Source of the DNA: Bacteroidales bacterium
GTDB lineage: Bacteria; Bacteroidota; Bacteroidia; Bacteroidales; VadinHA17
Direction of reading: 5' to 3'
Assembly: GCA_025454795.1 (NCBI GenBank)
Contig: JALONT010000007.1
Span: 66,750-130,749, forward strand
DNA length: 64,000 nt
This document shows, piece by piece, positions 46,552 to 56,702 of the stretch. A program made the translations under genes and the position numbers. Below the pieces are notes generated by a model that saw nothing but the letters and a program-made list of their open reading frames with translations, was not told the DNA's origin and searched no databases. The first letter of the stretch is position 1, and each line of letters begins with the position of its first letter.

Positions 46552-49113
46552 ATGGATTCACAATTTTCACAGAGAGTAAAAGATATTCTTGGATACAGCA
46601 AAGAAGAGGCTATAAGGCTGGGAAACAGTCATATAAGTCCTGAACATCTTTTCCTCGGTATTTTAAGGGACGGTGAGGGCGTGGCTGTTGAGATACTGCT
46701 GAATCAGGGAATTGACCTGATGGTGCTGAAAGGATCACTTGAGAAAAGCATTAAGGTTGAGAGTCCTGTTCCCGTTGCAGATCATGAGGTAATACCACTG
46801 TTAAGAAGTACTGAAAGAATACTTAAGCTTGTTTATCTTGAAGCTAAAGCACTGAAAAGCAGTACAATTGAATCTGAACACCTTCTTCTGGCAATACTGA
46901 AAGATGAGAACTCACTTGTCACCAGGTTCCTGTCAGAGATGGATGTTGATTACCAGTCAGTCAAAAGGATGGTCGAAGCTGAGTCACCAAGTGCAAAAGC
47001 CGATTATCCCAGGGATGAAGACGATGAAGGACAATCCTTCGGATCATCGGGTAAGGGACAGTCAGGAGCTACCTCCTCTCCGAAATCCTCGTCAGACACA
47101 CCGGTCCTTGATAATTTCGGTATAGATCTTACAAAAGCTGCAGACGAAGGAAAGCTTGATCCTGTTGTAGGGCGTGAGCGTGAAATCGAGAGGCTTGCCC
47201 AGATATTGTCGAGAAGAAAGAAAAATAACCCGGTTCTAATCGGAGAGCCGGGAGTTGGCAAATCCGCTATTGCTGAAGGACTGGCACTACGCATAACTAA
47301 AAAGAATGTCTCAAGGGTCCTCTTCAACAAAAGAGTAGTTGCCCTTGACCTGGCTTCAATTGTAGCAGGCACCAAATACAGGGGACAATTTGAGGAAAGG
47401 ATGAAAGCCATTCTGAATGAGCTGTCAAAAAATGACAATATTATTCTGTTCATCGATGAAATTCATACAATTGTCGGTGCAGGTGGTGCAACAGGTTCCC
47501 TAGACGCAGCCAACATGCTGAAACCGGCTCTGGCTCGTGGTGAAATTCAATGTATAGGTGCCACAACACTCGATGAATACAGACAGCATATTGAAAAAGA
47601 CGGGGCACTCGAGAGAAGATTCCAGAAAGTGCTGGTAGAACCAACATCTATAGAAGAGACTATCAACATTCTGCATAATATTAAGGAGAGATATGAAGAG
47701 CATCATAATGTAAATTATACCGATGATGCAATCGAGGCGTGCGTAAAGCTTACAAGCCGCTATATTTCTGACAGGAACCTTCCCGACAAGGCCATTGATG
47801 CACTGGATGAATCAGGCTCCCGTGTCCATATTTCGAATATCATTGTTCCGGAAAAGATCCTTAATCTCGAAAAAAAGCTGGATGAAACAAAAAAGGAAAA
47901 AATGACAGCTGTCAAGAACCAGAATTTTGAAAAAGCTGCCAGTTTTCGTGACCGGGAAAAGGACCTTCTGGATATGATCGATGTTGAGAAGAAGAAATGG
48001 GAAAAAGAACTTGCTGTTAACAGGGAAACTGTTGATGCAGATAAAGTTGCTGAGGTTGTTGCTATGATGACAGGCGTACCTGTTCAGAGAATTGCACAAA
48101 CAGAAGGGACACGACTGCTGCAAATGGCAGATGAACTGAGGGGAAGTGTTATAGGTCAGGATGAAGCAATTCAGAAGGTTGTCAGATCGATACAGAGGAA
48201 CAGGGCAGGACTCAAAGATCCCAACAAGCCAATAGGTACTTTTATCTTCCTTGGTCCTACAGGCGTTGGTAAAACCCAGCTTGCCAAAGTATTAGCCAAA
48301 TTTCTCTTCGATACTACCGATAATCTGGTCAGGGTAGACATGAGTGAATACATGGAAAAATTCTCGGTTTCAAGACTAGTCGGAGCACCTCCCGGATATG
48401 TCGGATATGAAGAGGGTGGCCAGCTTACAGAGAAAGTAAGAAGGAAACCTTATTCAGTAGTTCTCCTTGATGAGATCGAAAAAGCTCACCCCGATGTTTT
48501 CCACATTCTGCTACAGGTTCTCGATGAGGGTCAGCTTACCGACAGCCTTGGTCGCCGTGTTGACTTCCGGAATACTATAGTTATCATGACTTCCAATATA
48601 GGAACAAGGCAGATTGCCGAATTCGGACATGGAATCGGATTCGATACTCAGACAAAAAAGGCCACCAGAGATGAACAGAATAAGAGCATTCTTCAGAAAG
48701 CGCTTCAGAAGACTTTTGCTCCGGAGTTCCTGAACAGGATTGATGATGTTGTAATGTTCAATTCCCTTGGAAAAGAAGAGATTAACAAGATTATTGACCT
48801 TGAACTAAAAGGTCTTTATGACAGGGTGAAATCTCTTGGGTACCAGCTCAGAATCGCTCCTGCTGCGAGAGACTATATAGCCGAAAGAGGATTTGATACA
48901 AATTATGGAGCCAGACCATTAAAGCGGGCAATTCAGAAGTATCTTGAAGATCCTATGGCAGAGGTACTTATCAAAGCAGGTCAAAGCGATGGCGATGTGA
49001 TAAATGTCGGATTCAACAGCACCAAATCAGAGATTAAGATTAAGATTCAGAAGAAGAAGGAGCAGCCGGAAGATACTGACGATAATCCCTCAACCACCTT
49101 AAAAGGGAGCTAA
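46552..49113 (+). CDS. clpC: ATP-dependent Clp protease ATP-binding subunit ClpC
   Basis: Clp-N repeats, GEPGVGKS, UVR domain (NFEKAASFRD), GPTGVGKT, IGF loop. Confidence 0.93.
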   Translation: MDSQFSQRVKDILGYSKEEAIRLGNSHISPEHLFLGILRDGEGVAVEILLNQGIDLMVLKGSLEKSIKVESPVPVADHEVIPLLRSTERILKLVYLEAKALKSSTIESEHLLLAILKDENSLVTRFLSEMDVDYQSVKRMVEAESPSAKADYPRDEDDEGQSFGSSGKGQSGATSSPKSSSDTPVLDNFGIDLTKAADEGKLDPVVGREREIERLAQILSRRKKNNPVLIGEPGVGKSAIAEGLALRITKKNVSRVLFNKRVVALDLASIVAGTKYRGQFEERMKAILNELSKNDNIILFIDEIHTIVGAGGATGSLDAANMLKPALARGEIQCIGATTLDEYRQHIEKDGALERRFQKVLVEPTSIEETINILHNIKERYEEHHNVNYTDDAIEACVKLTSRYISDRNLPDKAIDALDESGSRVHISNIIVPEKILNLEKKLDETKKEKMTAVKNQNFEKAASFRDREKDLLDMIDVEKKKWEKELAVNRETVDADKVAEVVAMMTGVPVQRIAQTEGTRLLQMADELRGSVIGQDEAIQKVVRSIQRNRAGLKDPNKPIGTFIFLGPTGVGKTQLAKVLAKFLFDTTDNLVRVDMSEYMEKFSVSRLVGAPPGYVGYEEGGQLTEKVRRKPYSVVLLDEIEKAHPDVFHILLQVLDEGQLTDSLGRRVDFRNTIVIMTSNIGTRQIAEFGHGIGFDTQTKKATRDEQNKSILQKALQKTFAPEFLNRIDDVVMFNSLGKEEINKIIDLELKGLYDRVKSLGYQLRIAPAARDYIAERGFDTNYGARPLKRAIQKYLEDPMAEVLIKAGQSDGDVINVGFNSTKSEIKIKIQKKKEQPEDTDDNPSTTLKGS

Positions 49114-49151
49114 AGCCCGGAGCTAAAGCAAATCATCCAGATAACAATATA

Positions 49152-50474
49152 TTAACCCCCTTTTAGGGGGGCAGTGTGGTTTACAGGAACTCCAAACAGA
49201 TCAAAATCAGATGATTGTTTTATTTCGATCTGGTAAAAATTACCTGGTTTAAGATCATATTCTATCGAAATAAGAACCTCCTGATCTACTTCAGGACTGT
49301 CATATTCTGTCCTCCCGGTGAAAAACTCACCCTCCCTCCTGTCGACAATAACTTTCAGTACCTGACCAACCATGCTTTCGTTATACTCAGCTGAGATATT
49401 CTGCTGTAATTCCATGATTTCTGACATCCTGGATTCCTTGATTTCTTCAGGGATTTCATCTTTATAGTTGTTGTATGAAAAGGTATCTTCTTCATGAGAA
49501 TAGGTAAATACCCCTAACCTGTTGAATCTGAAATCACTAACGAATCTCTTCAATTCCAGGAAGTCATCTTCAGTTTCTCCGGGATGACCGGTTATTAGTG
49601 TGGTTCTGATAACCGATCCCGGGATCTCATTTCTTAGTTTATTAAGGATCAGTTCTGTCCCTTTACGATCATGCGACCGTTTCATCAGTCCCAGCATTCT
49701 GTCAGTAATATGCTGAATTGGAATATCAATATAGCGGCATATCCCTGGATTATCCCTTATAATGGGAATCAGCTGTAATGGGAAATTTGAAGGGTATAAA
49801 TAATGGAGCCTGATCCATTCAAATGATTCAATTTTCAAAAGTTCTGAGACAAGTTCCGGAAGCTTTTGTGTTTTGTACAGATCAATCCCATAGTAACTTA
49901 AGTCCTGGGCTATGAGTATCAGTTCTTTAACACCCATTTCAGCAAGTTTAAGGGCTTCTTCCACCAGATCTTCAAGCGGCTGTGAAATACATTTGCCCCT
50001 GATGGCAGGTATTGCACAGAATGCACAGCTCCTGTCGCATCCTTCCGAAACCTTTAGATAGGCATAGTGCCCGGGAGTAGTTATAATCCTGCTTGTATTG
50101 AGATCATTTCTGAACTTTACATTGAGTTCTCCGAGGATTTCATTCATATTATGAACACCAAAGTATTTGCTGACCTCAGGAATCTCTCTTTTCAGTGATT
50201 CAGCATATCTTTCAGACAGGCACCCCATAACATACAGATTTTCAATATGTCCTGATTCTCTGGCCCGGACAAATTTCAGGATGGTATCAACACTCTCCTC
50301 CTTTGCATCATTGATGAATCCGCATGTGTTTATAATTACTGTTCCGGCTGAAAGATCATCAGAATCGTGACAGATTGTATAGCCTCCTGCTTCAAGCTGC
50401 TTAAGAAGCTTCTCAGAATCAACGACATTTTTTGAGCAGCCGAGGGTTACATTATTGATCTTTTTGTTCTTCAT
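49152..50474 (-). CDS. rimO: Ribosomal protein S12 methylthiotransferase
   Basis: TLGCSKNVVDSE, INTCGFI, EGCDRSCAFC, DSPEVD TRAM domain. Confidence 0.95.
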   Translation of the reverse strand: MKNKKINNVTLGCSKNVVDSEKLLKQLEAGGYTICHDSDDLSAGTVIINTCGFINDAKEESVDTILKFVRARESGHIENLYVMGCLSERYAESLKREIPEVSKYFGVHNMNEILGELNVKFRNDLNTSRIITTPGHYAYLKVSEGCDRSCAFCAIPAIRGKCISQPLEDLVEEALKLAEMGVKELILIAQDLSYYGIDLYKTQKLPELVSELLKIESFEWIRLHYLYPSNFPLQLIPIIRDNPGICRYIDIPIQHITDRMLGLMKRSHDRKGTELILNKLRNEIPGSVIRTTLITGHPGETEDDFLELKRFVSDFRFNRLGVFTYSHEEDTFSYNNYKDEIPEEIKESRMSEIMELQQNISAEYNESMVGQVLKVIVDRREGEFFTGRTEYDSPEVDQEVLISIEYDLKPGNFYQIEIKQSSDFDLFGVPVNHTAPLKGG

Positions 50475-50504
50475 GAAATGAAAAATCGGAAACCCGTAAA
50501 GTAG

Positions 50505-51464
50505 TTACTTTTCTGAGCTGAAGAGTGAATCAACGAATTCAACACGGTTGAAATCCTGTAGATCTTCCATTTTCTCACCGATTCCGATATATTTTACAGG
50601 GATTTTAAATTGATCGGAGATTCCTATCACGACACCACCTTTTGCTGTACCGTCAAGTTTTGTTATTGCAATTGCCGTGACATCAGTTGCAGCAGTGAAC
50701 TGCTTTGCCTGTTCAAATGCATTCTGTCCGGTGGAACCGTCAAGAACAAGCAGCACTTCGTGAGGAGCACCCGGAAGGACCTTTTCCATTACCCGTTTTA
50801 TCTTGGAGAGTTCGGTCATCAGGTTGATCTTATTATGAAGTCTGCCTGCTGTATCTACTATTACCACATCATATCCACCGGCAACGGCCGATTTGACAGA
50901 ATCGAAAGCTACAGAAGCAGGATCGGAACCCATCCGCTGTTTTACAATTGAAACGCCTGCTCTATCTGACCATATCTGAAGCTGCTCAATAGCTGCTGCA
51001 CGGAAGGTGTCGGCGGCTCCCAGGAGCACTTTTTTCCCGGCACTTTTATACCTGTATGCCAGCTTGGCAATAGTGGTTGTTTTTCCCGAACCATTAACTC
51101 CCACAATCATAATAACATATGGAACTGATTTAGGGGGAGATAAAAGGTCAGATTCAGAATCTGTTTTATTGTCTTCAAGGAGTGCTACGATCTCTTCTTT
51201 TAAAATTGTATTTAGCTCACTGGTATTCAAATACTTATCTCTTTCTACCCTGGCTTCTATTCTCTTAATGATCTTTATTGTTGTAGCAACTCCCACATCT
51301 GAAGAAACAAGTACCTCCTCAAGGTCATCAAGTACTTCGTCATCGACCTTTGATTTGCCGGCAACCGCCCTTGATAATTTGGTGAATACGCTCTCTTTGG
51401 TTTTTTCGAGTCCCCTGTTGAGGCTCTCTTTTTTTTCTCTGGCAAAAAATCCAGGTAATGCCAT
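50505..51464 (-). CDS. ftsY: Signal recognition particle receptor
   Basis: GVNGSGKTTT, DTFRAAA, DTAGR, TKLDGTAKGG. Confidence 0.96.
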   Translation of the reverse strand: MALPGFFAREKKESLNRGLEKTKESVFTKLSRAVAGKSKVDDEVLDDLEEVLVSSDVGVATTIKIIKRIEARVERDKYLNTSELNTILKEEIVALLEDNKTDSESDLLSPPKSVPYVIMIVGVNGSGKTTTIAKLAYRYKSAGKKVLLGAADTFRAAAIEQLQIWSDRAGVSIVKQRMGSDPASVAFDSVKSAVAGGYDVVIVDTAGRLHNKINLMTELSKIKRVMEKVLPGAPHEVLLVLDGSTGQNAFEQAKQFTAATDVTAIAITKLDGTAKGGVVIGISDQFKIPVKYIGIGEKMEDLQDFNRVEFVDSLFSSEK

Positions 51465-51493
51465 TTATATGTTTTAATTATAAGGTCAAATAT

Positions 51494-51525
51494 AAAAAAA
51501 GCTTCCTTCAGCAATGAAGAAAGCT
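51494..51525 (-). terminator. Intrinsic terminator of the rpmB-rpmG-DUF4295 operon
   Basis: Minus-strand AGCTTTCTTCA-ttgc-TGAAGGAAGCT followed by a T run. Confidence 0.7.
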
Positions 51526-51549
51526 CTGAATATCTTCTTTGAACGGTTT

Positions 51550-51705
51550 TTATTTTTTCCCGAAGAAATCTTTGATGTGGTCGTTATGTACAATTTCTTC
51601 CTTGAACTGATAAGCACCTGTTTTGTCGGATTTTGTCATTTTTATGCATTTTGTGAATGCTTTTCCGGTACCTGTCTTAAGTGCTGCAACAACTTTCTTT
51701 GCCAT
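51550..51705 (-). CDS. DUF4295 family small protein (51 aa; not in the ORF track)
   Basis: Manual translation MAKKVVAALKTGTGKAFTKCIKMTKSDKTGAYQFKEEIVHNDHIKDFFGKK; usual Bacteroidota position after rpmG. Confidence 0.88.
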   Translation of the reverse strand: MAKKVVAALKTGTGKAFTKCIKMTKSDKTGAYQFKEEIVHNDHIKDFFGKK

Positions 51706-51717
51706 GGTATTTTCTTT

Positions 51718-51906
51718 TTACTTTATTTCTCTGTGAATTGTATATTTTTTAAGTACAGGATTATACTTTTTCCTTTCAAGTCTGTCTGGAGTGTTTTTCC
51801 TGTTTTTTGTAGTAATATACCTTGACATTCCGGGAAGTCCGCTCTCTTTATGTTCGGTACATTCCAGAATTACCTGCTGTCTGTTTCCTTTTGCCTTCTT
51901 TGCCAT
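51718..51906 (-). CDS. rpmG: 50S ribosomal protein L33
   Basis: [32 protein letters not shown]. Confidence 0.96.
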   Translation of the reverse strand: MAKKAKGNRQQVILECTEHKESGLPGMSRYITTKNRKNTPDRLERKKYNPVLKKYTIHREIK

Positions 51907-51918
51907 CTCCTGAACTTA

Positions 51919-52161
51919 TTAATAATTCAAAATGTAACCTTTTTCCTTAGCTTCCTTCAGGGTGCTTGTAAGACCCTTTTTGCTGATGAGACGGATGCCT
52001 GCAGCAGAAATCTTAAGGGAGATCCATCTCTCCTCCTCCGGCAGGTAATATTTTTTAATGAAAAGATTAGGATAGAACTTCCTCTTTGTCCTTCTCTTTG
52101 AATGCGATACGTTGTTCCCGACCATCGCTTTTTTCCCTGTAACCTGACAAATCTTTGACAT
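51919..52161 (-). CDS. rpmB: 50S ribosomal protein L28
   Basis: [26 protein letters not shown]. Confidence 0.96.
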   Translation of the reverse strand: MSKICQVTGKKAMVGNNVSHSKRRTKRKFYPNLFIKKYYLPEEERWISLKISAAGIRLISKKGLTSTLKEAKEKGYILNY

Positions 52162-52286
52162 TGGTGTTTGTTTAACTTCTTTTCCTGACGAATATGCCTT
52201 TAAAAACGAAGCGCAAAATACGTGATTTTTATCTGATTAACCAAATAATTATTACACTTTTTTTAAACAGTGGCCAGATTCACTGC

Positions 52287-53528
52287 TTATTCGCTGAGAA
52301 TCTGCTTCCTGACGAGGTTCAGCGCAGCTACAGAAAACCTGTTGATGTTTGTTATTCTGTCACTTCCGAAAACAAGCTTTTCGGAGGTTGTCCCTTTTTC
52401 GGAGATAACTGAAATCCAGATAGTTCCAACAGGTTTTGAATCAGTTCCTCCATCAGGCCCTGCAATTCCAGAAGTTGCAACTGCGATATCGGTTTTTAAC
52501 AGCCTCCTTACTCCTTCTGCCATTTTTATTACTACCTGTTCACTGACGGCACCGTATTTGTCAATCAGATTCTGAGGTACTCCGAGCAATTCAGTTTTGA
52601 CACTGTTATCATAAGCAATTACAGACCCTTTAAAATATTTAGAGCTTCCCGGAACACTGGTGATCATTTCTGCAATTCGTCCACCGGTACAGCTTTCACA
52701 AGTGGAAATGGTTTTCCCTTTCTCCTTCAGAAGTTTTCCGATAACAATCTCGAACGACTCCTCATTTTCGGCATAGATGAGATCAGGAATGGTTTTATAC
52801 AGGTTGCTTACCTGTTCGTTTATCAACCCGTTTAAAAATTTTCTGTCTGATCCTGTTGCTGTAAGTCTAAGTTTAATGATGCCAGCAGCAGGCAGGTAAG
52901 CAAGTTTAGTCTCTTCCGGAAGTGATACTTCAAATCCTTTCAGTAATTCTGCAAGCCTGGCTTCAGGAGCCCCGTATGTCATTATATTCCTGTGAATTAT
53001 AACCTGTGATGTGAAACGTTTTCTCAGTTCGGGGAGTACATGTTCGGTCATAATATATTTCATCTCATGAGGAACTCCGGGCATCGAGATAAAAATTATC
53101 CCCTCCTTCTCAAACCACATACCCGGAGCGGTACCGGCACCGTTTCTAAGTACTCTGCATGATTCCGGAACTTCAGCCTGCCTGCGGTTGTTTTCATTCA
53201 TCGTAAAATTACGCCGTCTCATCATTTCCTCAATCATGGAAAGTACTTCATAATTGACTATAAGCCTGGTATTAAAGAATTCACAAAGGGTCTGTTTGGT
53301 AATATCGTCACTGGTCGGACCAAGACCTCCGGTGATCAGAATGACATCAGATTTTCCGGAAGATTCCTTAAGGGATTCCAGAATATCCTCCCTTTTATCA
53401 TGAACTGATAGTTTGCGCCATACATCAAATCCCAGCCTGCTCATCTCGGCACCTATCCATGCAGAATTAGTGTCAATTGTCTGGCCAATAAGAAGCTCAT
53501 CGCCGATCGTTATTATTTGGGCTTTCAT
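52287..53528 (-). CDS. cinA: CinA (MocF plus NMN deamidase PncC domains)
   Basis: IGDELLIGQTIDTNS, GGLGPTSDD, PGVP.EM, ESCTGG, GAVS, SGIAGPDGG. Confidence 0.93.
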   Translation of the reverse strand: MKAQIITIGDELLIGQTIDTNSAWIGAEMSRLGFDVWRKLSVHDKREDILESLKESSGKSDVILITGGLGPTSDDITKQTLCEFFNTRLIVNYEVLSMIEEMMRRRNFTMNENNRRQAEVPESCRVLRNGAGTAPGMWFEKEGIIFISMPGVPHEMKYIMTEHVLPELRKRFTSQVIIHRNIMTYGAPEARLAELLKGFEVSLPEETKLAYLPAAGIIKLRLTATGSDRKFLNGLINEQVSNLYKTIPDLIYAENEESFEIVIGKLLKEKGKTISTCESCTGGRIAEMITSVPGSSKYFKGSVIAYDNSVKTELLGVPQNLIDKYGAVSEQVVIKMAEGVRRLLKTDIAVATSGIAGPDGGTDSKPVGTIWISVISEKGTTSEKLVFGSDRITNINRFSVAALNLVRKQILSE

Positions 53529-53707
53529 GTTATTTATATCAGAAAACAGGCAACAAATGTACAGAAAACCGGATAAAAAAAGATCCGCATTCGTCTCTTA
53601 TTAATAAAGTGAGAATCGGAATTAATACCTCCGGAGGAATGCGGGCAATTCGCAGAAAAAACATTGAGCTTGCCTGATTATATAATTCGGAATTGGACTT
53701 TAGAGTA

Positions 53708-56662
53708 CTATTTCTGTTTATAAGTCTCAGTAAATATCGTATCTGCCAGCCACTTCCTGAAGCTCTGATTATCCATGAACTGTTTGAAGAGTTCTGTATG
53801 GTCGGTCAGCATCTCAACGATGACCTTCTCTAATGCCTTATCATGCTCAATACGGGCGTTCTGAGGATCTTTCTGCTTCATGGCATTCTGGTACGCCTTA
53901 TCCGATGAAACTTTAACAGGAAGGTCCACAGTGATGATATTTTGAATCTTATCAACATCATTCCAGGCTATATTACCGAACTGATCGTTAAATGATCTGA
54001 TAATGTTGCTTAGCCGGTCAAGTTCCGGTTCAGCCACAAGCCCTCCACCTGAGACCAGAATCGGATCAATCTCAGCATCTTCATCAGCAAGCCTTATCTT
54101 CTCCGTTTCCTGGACCTGTGCACGATAACTCTCCATATCTATTGACTCAAGAATGCCTTTAGCCAGATCTTCTTCTATCGGCGCCGGAAGCTTGGGTATA
54201 AGGAAATTCAGGAATATGGATAGTTTCTCCCACTGCGGGTTTGAGTATGTTAATATGGATGCCAGAAAATTATATGTCCTTTCAAATGCCTTAGCCTTCC
54301 CCTTGAAATCAACCTGACCATTTTCATCAAGTTCGCTTTTATATACAGCCACACATGAGTCAAGAATCGGATCAAGGTTTTCCCTGCTGACACCTGTCAG
54401 AAACAACCTTACAATCTCATCTTTCTGACTTTGATTATATACCTGGTACTTGTCCAGTGTCGCTTTCAGATCATGAAGTTTGTTATGATCTGTTTCATTG
54501 CTCAGGATAGTTGTCCGGTAATAGTCGCTAAAAGCAAACTGAATCACATCCACATCATTCATGAAATCGAGCACAAATGTATCGGTCTTCAGAGGGTGTG
54601 CCCTGTTTAGCCTGGAAAGGGTCTGAACTGCCTTAATCCCTGATAGTTGCTTGTCAACATACATTGTATGCAATAGTGGTTCGTCATACCCTGTCTGAAA
54701 TTTATCAGCTACTATCAGATATCGGTAGGGATCACTAATAAACTTATCAGGGATACTTGAACCCGGGAATCCATTAATCTTTGCCTCAGTTACATTCTTC
54801 CCATTATAATTATGGTCCCCTGAAAATGCGACTATTGATTTGTATGGGCTTTTAATTTCAGTCAGGTAAGCACTCACGGCCTGATAATATTGAATAGCTA
54901 TTTCTATTCCGCTGCAGACTATCATACATCTTGCCATTCCTCCTATCTTATGACGTCCGATCACCTGGTCAGTAAAATGATCGACCATTATCTCAGCTTT
55001 CTGCCTGATTGCATAATTGTGTGATTCCACATACCTGCGAAGCTTCTTCTTTGCCTTCCTGATATCAAATTCCGGGTCGTTTTCTATTGCCTTAATCAAC
55101 TTATAATAACTATAAACTGGCGTGTAGTTCTGCAGAACATCAAGAATAAATCCTTCCTGTATTGCCTGCTTCATGGTATATGAGTGAAAAGGACGATGTT
55201 TAATTACTTCTCCCTCTTTGTAAGGGACTCCGAAGATCTCAAGGGTTTTATTCTTTGGAGTTGCTGTAAATGCAAAGTAGCTGGCATTTGACAGCATCCT
55301 GCGGGATGTAATTATCTGGTTTATAGCATCTTCAATATCTTCAGGGGACTCAAATGATCCATATTCAGCTGATGGTTCCGATAATACCATATTCATTTTG
55401 GAAGCCGTCCTTCCTCCCTGGCTGGAATGGGCTTCATCAATAATGATTGCAAATTTCCTGTCGCGATGGCTGTCTCCTATCTCATCAAGAACGAAGGGGA
55501 ATTTCTGGACTGTGGTTATAATGATCTTCTTACCCTGTTGAATAAACGTACGCAGTTGTGCAGACCCTTCAGTTACAGCACCTACAACCGATGAAACCTG
55601 GGCAAACCTTTTTATATTATCTCTCAGCTGTTTATCGAGAACGCGACGGTCTGTTACCACAACTACTGTATCAAACAATGATGATCCCGCCTTTTCTAGA
55701 CCGACTAACTGATGCACCAGCCAGCTTATAGAATTGCTTTTCCCGGAACCTGCAGAATGCTGTATAAGATACCGTTTACCAACACCATCATTTGGCGCGG
55801 CGGCAAGTAACTTCCTGACAACATCAAGCTGATGATAACGAGGGAAAACCTGCTCTTTCTTCACCCTGCCAGTCTTATCATCCTTTCTCTCAGTAATCTG
55901 GGCATAGTTTTCAAGAATGTTGGCAAGACTCTCTTTCCGGAGAACCTCTTTCCACAGGTAATCAGTAGCCAGTCCGAAAGCATTGGGAGGATTGCCTGCT
56001 CCATCATTAAAACCTTTGTTGAATGGCAGAAACCATGATTGCTTGTCTTTAAGGTGAGTACACATTTTTACCTGGTGGTCGTCCACAGCAAAGTGAACCA
56101 TGCACCTGCCAAACTGAAAGAGAAGTTCGCGGGAATCCCGATCGCGCTTGAATTGATGAACGGCATCCTCAACTGTCTGTTTAGTAAGTTTGTTTTTCAG
56201 CTCGAATGTAATTAAAGGCAATCCGTTGATGAAGATTGCCATATCAAGTGCCAACCGGGTATTATCATTGCTGTATTGTAACTGGCGTGTAACGCTGAAG
56301 ATGTTCTTTTTGAATAGATCAAGTGCTTTTGGATTCTGTTCAGAAGGAGTTCCGTAGAAAAGTTGAAGGTTAATAGCCCCATCCTGTATTCCTGTGCGAA
56401 GGACATCAATAATCCCGCGTTTTACAATCTCTCCCTGGAGACGATGGAGAAACTTTGTACGTCGGGGGTTGTCGGTCTCAAACGATTGAGATTCAAATGC
56501 CTTTGGCTGGGTTTCTTTTATGAATGCAGTGAGTTTTACTATGTCAATGGCATGGTCACGATCATAATCAGTGCTGATGCCCTGAAGATAACCAGCCTCG
56601 GAAATAAGAGAGTTTACAATTATTGATTCAAGTCCTTTTTCAGATGTGTCGGTTGGTGACAT
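53708..56662 (-). CDS. hsdR: Type I restriction endonuclease subunit R
   Basis: D..IFINGLP..FELK nuclease motif, QHSAGSGKS, DEAH, FTATP, KFQTGYDEP, QTLSRLNR. Confidence 0.93.
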   Translation of the reverse strand: MSPTDTSEKGLESIIVNSLISEAGYLQGISTDYDRDHAIDIVKLTAFIKETQPKAFESQSFETDNPRRTKFLHRLQGEIVKRGIIDVLRTGIQDGAINLQLFYGTPSEQNPKALDLFKKNIFSVTRQLQYSNDNTRLALDMAIFINGLPLITFELKNKLTKQTVEDAVHQFKRDRDSRELLFQFGRCMVHFAVDDHQVKMCTHLKDKQSWFLPFNKGFNDGAGNPPNAFGLATDYLWKEVLRKESLANILENYAQITERKDDKTGRVKKEQVFPRYHQLDVVRKLLAAAPNDGVGKRYLIQHSAGSGKSNSISWLVHQLVGLEKAGSSLFDTVVVVTDRRVLDKQLRDNIKRFAQVSSVVGAVTEGSAQLRTFIQQGKKIIITTVQKFPFVLDEIGDSHRDRKFAIIIDEAHSSQGGRTASKMNMVLSEPSAEYGSFESPEDIEDAINQIITSRRMLSNASYFAFTATPKNKTLEIFGVPYKEGEVIKHRPFHSYTMKQAIQEGFILDVLQNYTPVYSYYKLIKAIENDPEFDIRKAKKKLRRYVESHNYAIRQKAEIMVDHFTDQVIGRHKIGGMARCMIVCSGIEIAIQYYQAVSAYLTEIKSPYKSIVAFSGDHNYNGKNVTEAKINGFPGSSIPDKFISDPYRYLIVADKFQTGYDEPLLHTMYVDKQLSGIKAVQTLSRLNRAHPLKTDTFVLDFMNDVDVIQFAFSDYYRTTILSNETDHNKLHDLKATLDKYQVYNQSQKDEIVRLFLTGVSRENLDPILDSCVAVYKSELDENGQVDFKGKAKAFERTYNFLASILTYSNPQWEKLSIFLNFLIPKLPAPIEEDLAKGILESIDMESYRAQVQETEKIRLADEDAEIDPILVSGGGLVAEPELDRLSNIIRSFNDQFGNIAWNDVDKIQNIITVDLPVKVSSDKAYQNAMKQKDPQNARIEHDKALEKVIVEMLTDHTELFKQFMDNQSFRKWLADTIFTETYKQK

Positions 56663-56702
56663 AATAATCAGTTTGTTTCACATAGTGCTCAAAAACTGCA
56701 AT

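Noticed and set aside
49101-49171. GGAGCTAAAGC duplication and CCCCCTTTTAGGGGG palindrome at the clpC/rimO junction
   Set aside because: Too short to separate from terminator or REP debris.
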